NCBI GenBank assembly: GCA_973895155.1
Contig: OZ316897.1
Span: 7,926,470 to 7,990,469, forward strand
Direction: 5' to 3'
DNA from: Marsupella aquatica
Taxonomy: Eukaryota; Plantae; Marchantiophyta
DNA length: 64,000 nt
Part shown: positions 28,783 to 40,231 of the stretch, piece by piece
Layout of the letters: the number at the start of each line of letters is the position of its first letter
Position numbering within the stretch: position 1 is the stretch's first letter
The notes under the pieces: generated by a model
The model's database searches: none
Told to the model about the DNA's origin: nothing
What the model saw: the letters and a program-made list of their open reading frames with translations, nothing else
Translations under genes and position numbers: made by a program

Positions 28783-31700
28783 CTAGGATTTGTCACTTGC
28801 TATGCATGTCAAGAGATAGTCTCTTGCCTTGATAGCAACATTCTTTGGAATTCCTACCAGCCCTGTCATTGGTCCTTTGCGTGCTTTGAAACACCACAAG
28901 GCAGAGGAAACATCTATTGTCTCAGCTTCCTTGTATATTGGAGATGGATCACGTTCCCATTTCTTATCCCAAGAATCTGCCCATCGCTCTCTTGGCTGCC
29001 AGTCTGATTGACCACGTTGCTTCTTTGCCATAAATGGTCTAAACCACTCAACGCCACATACATGAGTAAGAAGGTTTTGTTCATTCACTGGTCCTTCTAC
29101 CACATCTGTAACAACTAACCCCATATGGACGGGATAAACATCCAGGTCTGAGTCGTCCGGCCGTACCAACACATAACAGCCCTTCACAACATCAACCCTA
29201 GGGTTAAAACTCTCAGGAGGTTTATCTTTTGCTGGTCCCACATAATCCACTGTTGCCTCCAACTCACATGCCACATTTCGATATTCTGGTGGAACGTGCT
29301 CTCTCCATATTGATAAAGGCCAAAACCCGTATTCCAAGTTGTGTGCACCTTCAGGTTCATATTGCACCTGCTCACCCTGTAGAGTATCTACAATGTCATT
29401 CCAATAATTGATGAGAGTTGTCCAACGTCGCTTTGGTTCTTCCTCTTTTGTTCGCTTTAGAATAAACTCAAAGAATGACACATGCTTCTTCAACCCTGTC
29501 AGCACTTCAGGAAGCATTTTCAACTCCATCATTGGTAGCCGTTTGGGCACCCCAATTGGGATGTGAGGACTTTTGTCATCTTTCCATGACCACATTTCAA
29601 TACCTTCCTTGGGTAACCATCCCTGATCAGTTGACTTCATTTTGTATTGGAAGCATGGCATACTATCATGACGAACATAGAACCTAAACAGCCTGGGTTT
29701 TAAATGCCCCACCAATGCCTCAGGGCCCTTCAACATGAATGGAGCTAAGTAGTTTTTGAAATCTGGGACCTCCTGTAGAAAATGTGGGACTGCATTGGGT
29801 GTCCTTGCTCTCATGAACAAGGACATTAACTCAGGCAATGAGTATGTGGGGTTATGCATCATAGACTCTGAAAAATGCCCAAACATACCGTCAACGTCCT
29901 CATGAGTATGCCCAACCACCATAAAACCAAGATGAACCTCTTCAAACACCTCCCTTGCCGTCAACAATGACAAATAAGCCATCATATATCTGTTCTTGTT
30001 GTCTGAGGCACAATTATCCAGTTGTAGCTTCAATACTCGTGGAAGGGGCCTGAACTTTGGTGCCTCAGGTGCTGCATCACAATGTAACAATCTCAGAATG
30101 CTTTTAAACAAAACCCTAGTCAGACCCTAAACCCCAATTTAGGGTTTAGGGTTTAAACCCTATTAATGAAACCTTGGCTAGGAGGAGCAACAACTACACA
30201 AAGTAGAGTGTCAGTGTGTGTGAGCTTATATTATTAAATAATAATAAATTAAAGGATTGTGAGTAAAGTACCTAGGCTTGAGATGTAGGCAATGTCAACC
30301 TCAAATGCTCTAAGGACACTTGCCTCCAAGATATCTACTCTCCCAAAAAGGAGGTCTTTAAAAAGACTTGTCGAGTCTGGCCCCTCCACAAGTGATTTGA
30401 TCATTGGATTTGGGTTTTCCAACATCCTTAGTATTGAATCAATTGACCCAATAGTGATGTTGACATCACCTGGCCACACTCCAACATGATATTGGGCTAT
30501 GGCCTTGGGACCATGACCATGAGTAAGGATACCAGTGACAGTAATTGGGAACTTTTGGGCACCATCCACATGCTTAGGATTGAAGGGCATTCTTGGGAGA
30601 GCTGTCTTTGAATGATCCATCTTATCATGAATAAGGCATAACACTTCCTTTGGACGATGGATGGACTCATATCTCCAGGTATGATAGCACATTCTTTGTT
30701 GTGTGTGGTCTTGGTGATGTTCCTCCTCGTCACGCCTTAGGCCCTCTAACTCTTCCTTAGCTCCTGTAAGGTTTGCTTTCCGTTGAAGCAACTCACTACA
30801 AGTTGTACACTTTGAAAAGTTGTTGCCCTTTTTGTGACGTGAGAACTCCCTGAAATACATCTGATGTAGATGACTCAAGGTGGGTTGGGAAATTGGAGGA
30901 AGACCAGCCTCCTGGTTGACAACATTAACCCTGTTTCTAATATTCTCCCAAGTAAGATTTGTTGGCAATTCCCTCAAAACCATCCTTGTATTATCTGCCA
31001 TGGTTCTCAACTTGGTTGGATGATGATCAGCTGCCTCCTCAATAATCTCTTTCATTGACATGAACGCTTGAGATACTTTCTCGGACATACGCCTTTTTCC
31101 AGCATTACCATGGGTACCTATGTTCATTCCAGCCATCACAGTCTTCTTCAAGGCATAAAATTGAGTCTTTCCTCTTGAATGAATGATTCTCCATGCCTCC
31201 AAGCACAATACTTTGCCCTCCACTGCTAGAATCCTTTCTCCAATACCCAAGTGTATTGTATTTTTAATAGCCTTGATTTCCTCCTCCTTGCGCTCCGCAA
31301 AAGATTTTGACCACCACTTTTGCCTAATTGCCATAGCCAAGTTGCGGTCCAAATATTGGCAACAATGTTCACTACAACAGTCCTTAGTGTTTATCAACAA
31401 CACATCTTGACGTGCCAAAGATGTGTCTCTTCTAGATGTCTGGGAAGATGGACTCTTTCTTTTCCTACTTTTATGGACGTAGGACCGCTTGCCACTTGTT
31501 GGAGATGTGTTCCCTCCCACAGCTTGCCTGATGTTGTGGAAAAACAACAAGTTGCCATCCTTGGCAATGAGTTGGTCCATCGACCAAGCTTTTAAGCAAT
31601 CTCTATGCTTCAGATGATCTATGGTAGCTCCCTCGACAAAATCTTTGATCAGAATTCCCACATGTGTATTCCCAAGGGTGACATCCCCAAGCTTGACTAT

Positions 31701-32159
31701 AGGATCTAGAACATGTATAGTTGCCACTGCAAATATCAACTTGTTCTCATCCACCACCTTTACAGGCATGCCCATCCACAAGGCCTTTGGTAAAACTACT
31801 TCCACACCAGACCGACTCTCATTATGGTTGTTCCCATCAGAATTTTGATTGACTGGATCTTGATCATCACCAACAGTGCCAAACACATCCTCCGATTCCA
31901 TGGGAGCTCGAAAAAGCTGATTCCTTTCCCATACAAGGTAACCCCCAATCATGTCCTTCAAAAGTTTGCCATCTTCGCATAGAATGGTCTCGTCAAAAAC
32001 TTCCTCCAATAGAAGAAGAACTCTGTCCGCCCCAAGAGGAACATTGTGACAAACCCTGGAAGGATCAAGACTTATCACGCGACCTTTTCCAACCTATTTC
32101 TCACGTATGCCTATAATTACTTGTCCGCCTTCCCTGATCCAGATTGTCAATGTCACCAT
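28783..32159 (-). CDS. Transposase, Sola-like DDD type (DUF7869-like), ~1050 aa, two exons; one in-frame stop near the N-terminus
   Basis: ORFs 32078-30249 and 30111-28783 join in frame by GT-AG intron 30271-30072 (...YISSL-A-PEAPKF...). Candidate acidic triad IHDKMD / LQLDNCASDNKN / GHTHEDVD; Cys motifs CCSEHC and FSKCTTC. Upstream ATG at 32159 with TAG at 32096-94. Confidence 0.85.
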
Positions 32160-32526
32160 AATAATTATGATCCTGCACATTAGAGAATATCACTGTAAGC
32201 GTATAGTCCTGTCACGTCGGTCAATAAGCAGAATGTAGTCAATGCACTGCGCTGCACGCGACTGGTCGCGTGACCCTAGAGGTACCACACATACCGGCAA
32301 CAGACTATGCATGGTCCGTCAGTCATGTCAAATGAATGAAAATGACCACAATCGATTACGATCAATCATTTCACATCCACTCAGAACAAATGAGTGGACA
32401 GTCAGTAACTACTGAGGACAGTAGTGCTAATAAGCGCCAGTAAAACGTCCGTGAATTGCATTGTCCTATCACAACCGTCAATAAGTAGGCAGAATGTAGT
32501 CAATGCACTGCCCTGCACGCGACTAG

Positions 32527-32965
32527 TCGCGTGACCTTAGTCAGAGGGTGTAGGGATAACAGGGTCTACGACGTAGAAGCTAGAAGGCTAGGCCCAAACT
32601 CTAGCTCGTACTTGGTACTTCATAAGTAAGATACGATTGCGCGTGAGACAGGTTGATACAATTACGGATCTAAAGGCATGTCGCGTGACCTTAGTCAGAG
32701 GGTACAGGGTCTACGACGTAGAAGCTAGAAGGCTAGGCCCAAACTCTAGCTCGTAATTGGTACTTCATAAGTAAGATACGATTGCGCGTGAGACAGGAAG
32801 ATACAATTACGGATCTAAAGGCATGTCGCATGACCTTAGTCAGAGGGTACAGGGTCTACGACGTAGAAGCTAGAAGGCTAGGCCCAAACTCTAGCTCGTA
32901 ATTGGTACTTCATAAGTAAGATACGATTGCGTGCGAGACAGGAAGATGAATTACGGATCTAAAGA
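32527..32965. repeat. Internal tandem array 1 (~145-154 bp x3) upstream of transposase
   Basis: tcgc.tgaccttagtcagagggt...gggtctacgacgtagaagctagaaggctaggcccaaactctagctcgta at 32527, 32681 and 32826. Confidence 0.92.
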
Positions 32966-33555
32966 CATCACACATACCGGTAAAGATAATGCATGGTCCG
33001 TCAGTCATTTCAAGTGAATGAGAACGACTACAATCGATTACGAACAATCATTTCAACTCCACTCAGGAAAAATGAGTGGACAGTACCAGTTTACCAATGA
33101 GTGGACACCGGACAGTCAGTAACTATTGACCTTCATAAGAAATCTCAGTACTTCACTAGCAATCAGTATTCCCGGGGCGATCGCCAAATGTGAAATTACA
33201 GTCATAATTAGAGGACAACTGAAATTCCCGCCAATTCTAATACGCGCCAGTCAAACGCGCACCCTCTTCTAGAAACCACTATGTACAATGACTAGTGGAG
33301 ACTAAACAGTATAAAGCATTGAGATGATCCCTATTGCTCATTCCCCCACGCATTCCACTTTCTGGCTACTGGATAATCTATTCGCACATCAACTCTCTCA
33401 TTTCCAATTCTTAGTCTTGGTCAGCATCTCTTGTTTGAAGGGCGATGACTACTCCGCTGAGCTCGAAGAATGAGGATATTTCGACGGATGATTAAGAAGG
33501 TTCGACGTATCAAATTCGTGGTACTCCTTACAGAATGTGTCAGTGATGTAATATA

Positions 33556-33987
33556 ATGTTTACGGTGACTAAATCGGGTCAAATGTTTTGTGAGAGACGA
33601 CATTGTTCGCCACATTTGTCGATGGAAGATCAGATGGAGACCAATCCGACAGAGATGACTACAAAGATGGCATCAGGGGAGAAGTTAAAGGGCAAAGCCC
33701 TCGTGGAATCCGTTTCGAGGGGGGAGAAGTTGAAGGCCAGAGCATGCGTCGAATCCATTTCAGGGGAAGCAGCAGCAGACGCTAAGACAGTCAAGAAGGA
33801 GGCCAAGAAAGTGGACGCACCAAAGAAAAAGCAATTAGAGATGAACAAAGATTCTGATTTGTATTACAGAAAGAGCAAGCCGAGAAAATCTATGGACGTT
33901 AGGTCTTGGGCAAAGGAAGAATTTCTGGATTCAAGGGAATCCACACCAGACACCGATGAGTGGATGCCTTCATCTTGGAATGACTGA
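33556..33987 (+). CDS. Small Lys/Glu-rich ORF of unknown function inside the giant element
   Basis: Open 143 aa (likely start ATG 33621) with internal repeat SGEKLKGKALVES/RGEKLKARACVES; no recognisable domain. Confidence 0.35.
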   Translation: MFTVTKSGQMFCERRHCSPHLSMEDQMETNPTEMTTKMASGEKLKGKALVESVSRGEKLKARACVESISGEAAADAKTVKKEAKKVDAPKKKQLEMNKDSDLYYRKSKPRKSMDVRSWAKEEFLDSRESTPDTDEWMPSSWND

Positions 33988-34190
33988 CTCGATCGAAGTC
34001 AACAATATTTTGAGTAGTCGAAGATTAGAACTACAGATTCAAGAGTAGTTCAAGTTAGAACTTGTTATAGGTACTGTGTAGCTTAAATTCCTGGATAGTG
34101 CTAGTGGATATGGATTTCACATCCAAAGTCCTTCGGGATCGATGTAACCATTTTTGCAATCAAGGAAAAATTGAGATTCCTCTGACTGAC

Positions 34191-34890
34191 AATTCGCTAG
34201 GCTGTCGACTACAATAAACAATATCAAAAAGACCTGAGATAAATTGGTTCACGCGACTGTGCGCGTGATGAACTACATGTGTAACCAAAAACAGGTCATC
34301 CTACTAACAAGTTGAGATCAGGCAGATCTGAGAAATAAAGGGCGATTACGTCTAAGAGTGCAGAGCTTTCGCTGACCTCTAAAACATTAACGCGACCGGT
34401 CGCGTGAATCAAAACTCGGTTTCAAAATAGATTTTTGGCCAATTCTCTAGGCTTTTGACTACAATAAACATTATCAAAAGACATGAGATAAATTGATTCA
34501 TGCGACTGTGCGCGTGACGAACTACATGTGTAACCAAAAAACAGGTCATCCTACTAACAAGTTGAGATCATAAAGATCTCTAAAATAAAGGGCGATTATG
34601 CGTAAGAGTGCAAAACTTTCGCTGACCTCTAAAACATTAACGCGACCGTGCGCGTGATGAAACAAAGACGTTGGTTTTAAAATAGATTTCTGGCCAATTC
34701 TCTAGGCTGTCGACTACAATAAACAATATCAAAAGACACGAGATAAATTGGTTCACGCGACTGTGTGCGTGACGAACTGCATGTGTAACCAAAAAACAGG
34801 TCATCCTACTAACAAGTTGAGATCAGGAAGATCTGAAAAATGGACCTCGATTACGTTACATTTTGCTAGGCCGTCGACTACAATAAACAA
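34191..34890. repeat. Internal tandem array 2 (~250 bp x~3)
   Basis: ctaggc...gactacaataaaca.tatcaaaa units at ~34191, 34441, 34696 and (partial) 34861; two palindromic motifs per unit. Confidence 0.92.
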
Positions 34891-35134
34891 TAGCAAAACA
34901 TACGGACAACTATACGCGTATGCCATACAATTATAGACTAGAGAATTCATTCGGATCCTCTACTAGTACTTCTGATACATTGCTTCTGTATTGGACTTGA
35001 AACACGGATTGATTAAACCCGGAGTGAGAAATTGGACCATAACTTCATTGACTCAATTCATGCATTGAATGCGTGATTTAAGGCAACTACTCTCCTCATT
35101 TATTGTGGAATTAATGCTGATTGATACTTACAAG

Positions 35135-35810
35135 TTATTCAGTTGCGTGTGGTCTCAGCAATGTTGGCGGCAACCCTCCGATGTTGGCGGAAACCCTCCT
35201 CCCAGCCAAGCCTCTTCCTTCTAGCGTACCCTCCTCATCCCAGCCAACTAAGCCTCCTCCTTCGAACTCCAATTTCCTTGAGTATCGTGATCGAATCCCA
35301 CCACCAGAGAATGACAACTTGTTGATCGTATCAAGATCAAAATCCTCGACCAGATTGTGATTTCAGAATAGCCGCTCTTTGTTGGTCCGCTAGAATGCTT
35401 CGATGAATGCGGCAGACTATGGAGGTTCTAAATGTTTGTCGTCTCGCTTCGTCGCAACTCTCCCGCTTGATCGGATGTGCTCTCCCCAAGATTGAAGGTG
35501 ATACAACAAGAACTGCGCCAGCGTTGCTTGAATGAGCTCCGCCTCCGACTGGAATAGTTTAATGATCCAATCTGCTCCACCTCAAATGTGCCTTGGATCA
35601 GCCTCCGCTGAGAGCCCAGCTAGTATCCTGGTCAAGAGAAACTGAAAATGAAGAATGATCCATGAGCATTGAGATCAGTCTATTGACTCCATGGAGGATG
35701 TGTTCATCTGGACTCGATTTTGATTTTGAAATTTGGTTGAGTCTCCAGTCGTGAGAATCATTGTACAGGATTGATTTTGAATATCGATTCTCCCCGACTG
35801 TGAGAATCAT
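35135..35810 (-). pseudogene. Possible decayed ORF of unknown function inside the giant element
   Basis: Coding-like minus-strand segments (35810-35598, 35317-35135) separated by stops/frameshift; no domain recognised. Confidence 0.3.
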
Positions 35811-36314
35811 TTTACGTTGTTAAGAGTAAGGGTTTGAACTGGCAAGATAGAGAGTGGAGTACGGATCTGGATCCGACGGTCTCCACTACCAAAATGGAAT
35901 GATTTTGAAGTTTGCCTCCACTACGTGATGGAACGATCGTGAGAAAATTGTCGTTCGTTCACATTTTGGATTTGAATTGGCAGATATAGTGAAGATACGG
36001 ATCCGGGGGTCCCCACTAACAATCTTCACAGTTGCATAATTACCGGTTTAAATTTCAAATTGGCCATCAAATAGAAATCTCCTTTAGTACGGAAAATCAA
36101 AAGGAATCCGGTAATCTTTTTTTCACGATTGCATAGTTTGTTCAGTCGATGGTGGAGTGTACGGAGATCATCTGGAACCTTCCTGTCGCTAGGCTGTTAT
36201 TAGGGTTATGCTAAAACAATACCCTAATTAGTCCTTCCTTAGTGTCGGCGCCCACGGTCTCGAGTTCATTGTTCATTGTTGTTGTTTCTCGCTCCCTAGA
36301 CTTTTGCGCGCCTG

Positions 36315-36405
36315 CTCTCGTCGCTCTCGCTCTTGCTCTCGTCGCTCTCGCTCTCGCTCTCGCTCTCGCTCTCGCTCTCGCTCTCGCTCTCGCTCTCGCT
36401 CTCGC
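36315..36405. repeat. (CTCGCT)n microsatellite
   Basis: ~11 near-perfect hexamers plus degenerate flanking units. Confidence 0.95.
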
Positions 36406-37489
36406 TCCTGCCCTGGATTTCATTTTTGTCGTTGCAGCTCGTTCGTTGTGGTCAAGTGCTTGTCGGCGCGTTGCAGCTCTTAGTAGTTGTCCATCGTTTC
36501 GACCATGAGCTCATTGGCGCATTGCAGCTCGCATTTACAGCTCATATTCACTTCTAGTTTGCTAGTTCATTGCAGCTAGCTTTTTGGGAGTGCTTGTATC
36601 AGCTCGTGTCAGCCAATTTTAAGCTCATATCAGCTCGATCAACGTGTTTCAGCAGCTCGAACTACTTTTTGGCAGCTTGTTTTAGCTCCTTCCATTCAGC
36701 ATTCAGGTTTGTTTCACCTCTTTGAATCTTCAGGTTTAGTGCGCTTTTATTCATGCTCAGTTTGCCTATCCACAGCTTTGATTGTACTTCTGAAAGAGTC
36801 TTTTTAACTCGACATAATGAGCTCCTTAGCATTAAGCACATGTTATTCAATTGGTGGCAACGAAGCTCTATGTATAGAAGTATAGAAGCTGTGTTGTTGT
36901 TGCTTAGCATATTAATATCTTCAATCTTATATTTACTTTCTGGAATGCCGCAGCAAGGTGAACAAGTGCTTGGACGTCAATCTCTCAGACGATTACATCA
37001 ATTTTTCAGAATTCAGGTGTAATTTCTACATTTTCTGCTGGTGTTGATTGTGGTTTGCTAAAATTTCTCTTGATTGTTAAGCACAATTTTCATAATGCGG
37101 TTTGTTTGTAAACTCAAATATGTGTGAATCATACAAACTCACTAATTGAAATACAACCTGAATCGTCGTAAGTAAGTCATTACAAACTTGCACGCTGTGA
37201 ATTTAATCATATAAACTCTCATGTTATGTGAATCTCATTACACTGAATCCTTTAATTGACGAATACAACCAGTAGACTGCTAAATTGAATCATCTTAGCT
37301 GGATCATTCTCTAAACTTCTAATATATAATAGTTTCACAATGATAGAGCTCAAACATCTGAATTATTGTAAAGTTCATGAATGAATACAAATGAATGATT
37401 ATGCTTCCTCGGATTTCCTTGTCCGTACGGGTCAGTAATCACAGTTGTATCACTGTATTATCCTATTGTCCAAAAGTTGTTTCAGCTGT

Positions 37490-38345
37490 TGACGTGACCA
37501 GTCGCGTGAAAATACTATGAGGTTCCTTTTAGGACCAGTTGACGCGACCAGTCGCGTGTGAGAAGGAAACTGGATAGATTTACTAAGCGCGTACCATATC
37601 CAAATCTCCACAGAAGGTTCAGTGGATATAGTTGTTTAGGTTCAGTTGACGCGACCAGTCGCGTTTGAGGTAGCTCTCTCATTGACTAGTTCTGTTAGAG
37701 GAGGTAGGGTTCCTTTTAGGACCAGTTGACGCGACCAGTCGCGTGTGAGAAGGAAACCGGATAGATTTACTGAGCGCGTACCATATCCAAATCTCCACAG
37801 AAGGTTCAGTGGATATAGTTGTTTAGGTTCAGTTGACGCGACCAGTCACGTCTGAGGTAGCTCTCTCATTGACTGGTTCTGTTAGAGGAGGTAGGGTTCC
37901 TTTTAGGACCAGTTGACGCGACCAGTCGCGTGTGAGAAGGAAACTAGATAGATTTACTGAGCGCGTACCATATCCAAATCTCCACAAAGAAGGTTCAGTG
38001 GATATAGTTGTTTAGGTTCAGTTGACGCGACCAGTCGCGTCTGAGGTTGCTCTCTCATTGACTGGTTCTGTTAGAGGAGGTAAGGTTCCTTTTAGGACCA
38101 GTTGACGTGACTAGTCGCGTCTGACATAGATCTCTCATTGACTGGCTCTGTTAGAGGAGGTAAGGTTCCTTTTAGGACCAGTTGACGCGACCAGTCGCGT
38201 GTGAGAAGGAAACTGAATAGATTTATTGAGCGCGTACCATATCCAAATCTCCACAGAAGGTTCAGTGGATACAGTTGTTTAGGTTCAGTTGACGCGACCA
38301 GTCGCGTCTGAGGTTGCTCTCTCATTGACTGGTTTTGTTAGAGGA
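37490..38345. repeat. Internal tandem array 3 (187-bp unit, ~4.5 copies) upstream of the cargo cassette
   Basis: Equivalent motif positions at 37542, 37729, 37916, (38105) and 38185; each unit has two gttgACGCGACCAGTCGCGT sites spaced 107/80 bp. Confidence 0.95.
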
Positions 38346-38482
38346 CGAAGAAACATTTATGATTTCACGTTGTGACCCGAAAAAATCAGTCTCTCAAAGA
38401 ATTGTTTATGCATTCTGATTTGTAGACGCGACCAGTCGCGTGAAAATAATCTCTGGGATATATCATTTGGCTGAAAAGAGTC

Positions 38483-39034
38483 ATGGGCGAACCTGGTCTG
38501 GAGAGCTTCAGATATCTATGCCCAATATTTGACGTTTTGGACAGAAGCCAAGATGGTCTACTTGCGGGATATTCTGTATTTGTTGAAATACTACTACCTG
38601 GACTTCCAGATTTCATTGTCGCGGAATTGATATGGCCTCGGATCCAGGAGACTTTTAATTCCTCGGCTAATGCAGGAAATTTCTCAATAAAGGAATTGGA
38701 TGAGTTTGTAGGACTATCTTCGGTGTGTCGCAGATGGCGCCACCTTGTTGGGAATACCTATCTTCTAGGTGTAATAAAGTTGAGTTTATTAGATTTGGCT
38801 TTCCCAGGAAATCCTACTAAACCGATCGGAAATGAGTCTCTCTCATCGACAGTTCAAAGTTTCTTCCAGAAATACCCAAGAATTAAATTCATGGGGTCAA
38901 TGTCCAGAGATCTTAGGGAACTCTTCACGAAGACTTACGATGCTCTTCACCCTCTTGAAAAATGGAAATTTACAGTCAGATGCCACGAAGTTGGATACCT
39001 TGAGGGTGACATCTACGCTTTTAAGGAATTCTAG
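38483..39034 (+). CDS. F-box-like protein 1 (183 aa)
   Basis: LLPGLPDFIVAELIWPRI ... LSSVCRRWRHLV. Confidence 0.7.
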   Translation: MGEPGLESFRYLCPIFDVLDRSQDGLLAGYSVFVEILLPGLPDFIVAELIWPRIQETFNSSANAGNFSIKELDEFVGLSSVCRRWRHLVGNTYLLGVIKLSLLDLAFPGNPTKPIGNESLSSTVQSFFQKYPRIKFMGSMSRDLRELFTKTYDALHPLEKWKFTVRCHEVGYLEGDIYAFKEF

Positions 39035-39099
39035 TTAACTTACATGATGATGCGCGTCGTATGTCTTCTAACAATGTTTTGTGATATGATAAAAGCAGG

Positions 39100-39687
39100 A
39101 TGAGCCAACTTTTGAATGAGGCTCGAGATTTCCTTTCATCTCATGAAAAGAAACAGAAAACAATATGGGATACGTTGGATGAAACCTCCTCTAGTCTCAT
39201 TGGAGGAATACCAGATGTTTTGGTCATTTCAAACATTTGGCCAATACTCTACAAACACTTTATTTCAATTGAAAGATTGCGTGGATATCGACACCTCGAT
39301 AACGATTTGGTTATCGATAGGGTCCGAGACCTTATTCGGCTTGGAGCTTGTGGCAAGAAGTGGAACTTTTTAGTTACAAATACAAGGTTATGGGCTATCC
39401 TCAAACAAGCAAACCGGATTGTCGATGTCGCAAATGATGCTCTTTACGACATACCCGAAACTGAGGAGTTGGAGTTTGACTCAGTCTGTCGAGTTATTCG
39501 ACAGGATATTTCTATGCTTCCAGAAATATCTATTCTTGGGACTACTACTTCTGACGAAATCGCATTGTTTACGAACAAATATAGGAATTTAGATGAGGAA
39601 GAACGAGATGTCCTAATCGAAAGGTTTGGTAGATTTTCTCAGAATCTTGGTGGTCCCAGTTCTTATTGGATAGGTTCTTGTTCTTAA
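39100..39687 (+). CDS. F-box-like protein 2 (195 aa)
   Basis: LIGGIPDVLVISNIWPIL ... LGACGKKWNFLV; paralogous C-terminus (ILG....E..LF......LDEEER). Confidence 0.7.
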   Translation: MSQLLNEARDFLSSHEKKQKTIWDTLDETSSSLIGGIPDVLVISNIWPILYKHFISIERLRGYRHLDNDLVIDRVRDLIRLGACGKKWNFLVTNTRLWAILKQANRIVDVANDALYDIPETEELEFDSVCRVIRQDISMLPEISILGTTTSDEIALFTNKYRNLDEEERDVLIERFGRFSQNLGGPSSYWIGSCS

Positions 39688-39700
39688 TCTTTTCCATATT

Positions 39701-40231
39701 ATGCTGCAGTCCTTTGACATGAATCGAAAATCTCATCGTCAAATGATGATGGAGCGCATTGCACGTGCAAAGGTTATGAACCGAAACATGATATGGAGTC
39801 AAGCTGAAGACCTGATACCCGGTCTTCCGGACGATATTGTCGAGAAATATATTTGGCCATTAGTCAAAGAGTTTTTCCACTGTCTTGGGAATTTGTCGGA
39901 TACTGCGATTAAAAATCGGGTCATGGACTTGATCGCCATTCGAATAGTCAGTAAGAAGTGGTGCCACATAGTTACTTATAGTAGTACATGGGCGACGGTC
40001 ACCTTGGTAGCTTACGACTTCACTGATAGACCAGGATATGAATCGCTTCGAAGGCATTTGACTTCACGGAGTGTAGCATTAAGATTTACAGAATCCATCA
40101 GAACTCTCCCGCCGCTGGACATTCTGGGTGGATTTGAAGGATCTGAACTTGACATGTTTAAAAACCTTTGGTTTTGGTTAGATGAAGATGAGCGAGAAGA
40201 TTGGGTCAGGATAAATGTTCCTAAAATGTAA
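39701..40231 (+). CDS. F-box-like protein 3 (176 aa)
   Basis: LIPGLPDDIVEKYIWPLV ... IRIVSKKWCHIV; C-terminus ILGG...E...F......LDEDER. Confidence 0.72.
   Translation: MLQSFDMNRKSHRQMMMERIARAKVMNRNMIWSQAEDLIPGLPDDIVEKYIWPLVKEFFHCLGNLSDTAIKNRVMDLIAIRIVSKKWCHIVTYSSTWATVTLVAYDFTDRPGYESLRRHLTSRSVALRFTESIRTLPPLDILGGFEGSELDMFKNLWFWLDEDEREDWVRINVPKM

Noticed and set aside
36211-36557. Poly-RA / poly-AL / poly-SL ORFs
   Set aside because: Artefacts of the (CTCGCT)n microsatellite.
37490-38345. CRISPR-like array (palindromic repeats at regular spacing)
   Set aside because: The intervening sequences are themselves repeated (187-bp tandem unit) rather than unique spacers; eukaryotic context, no cas genes.
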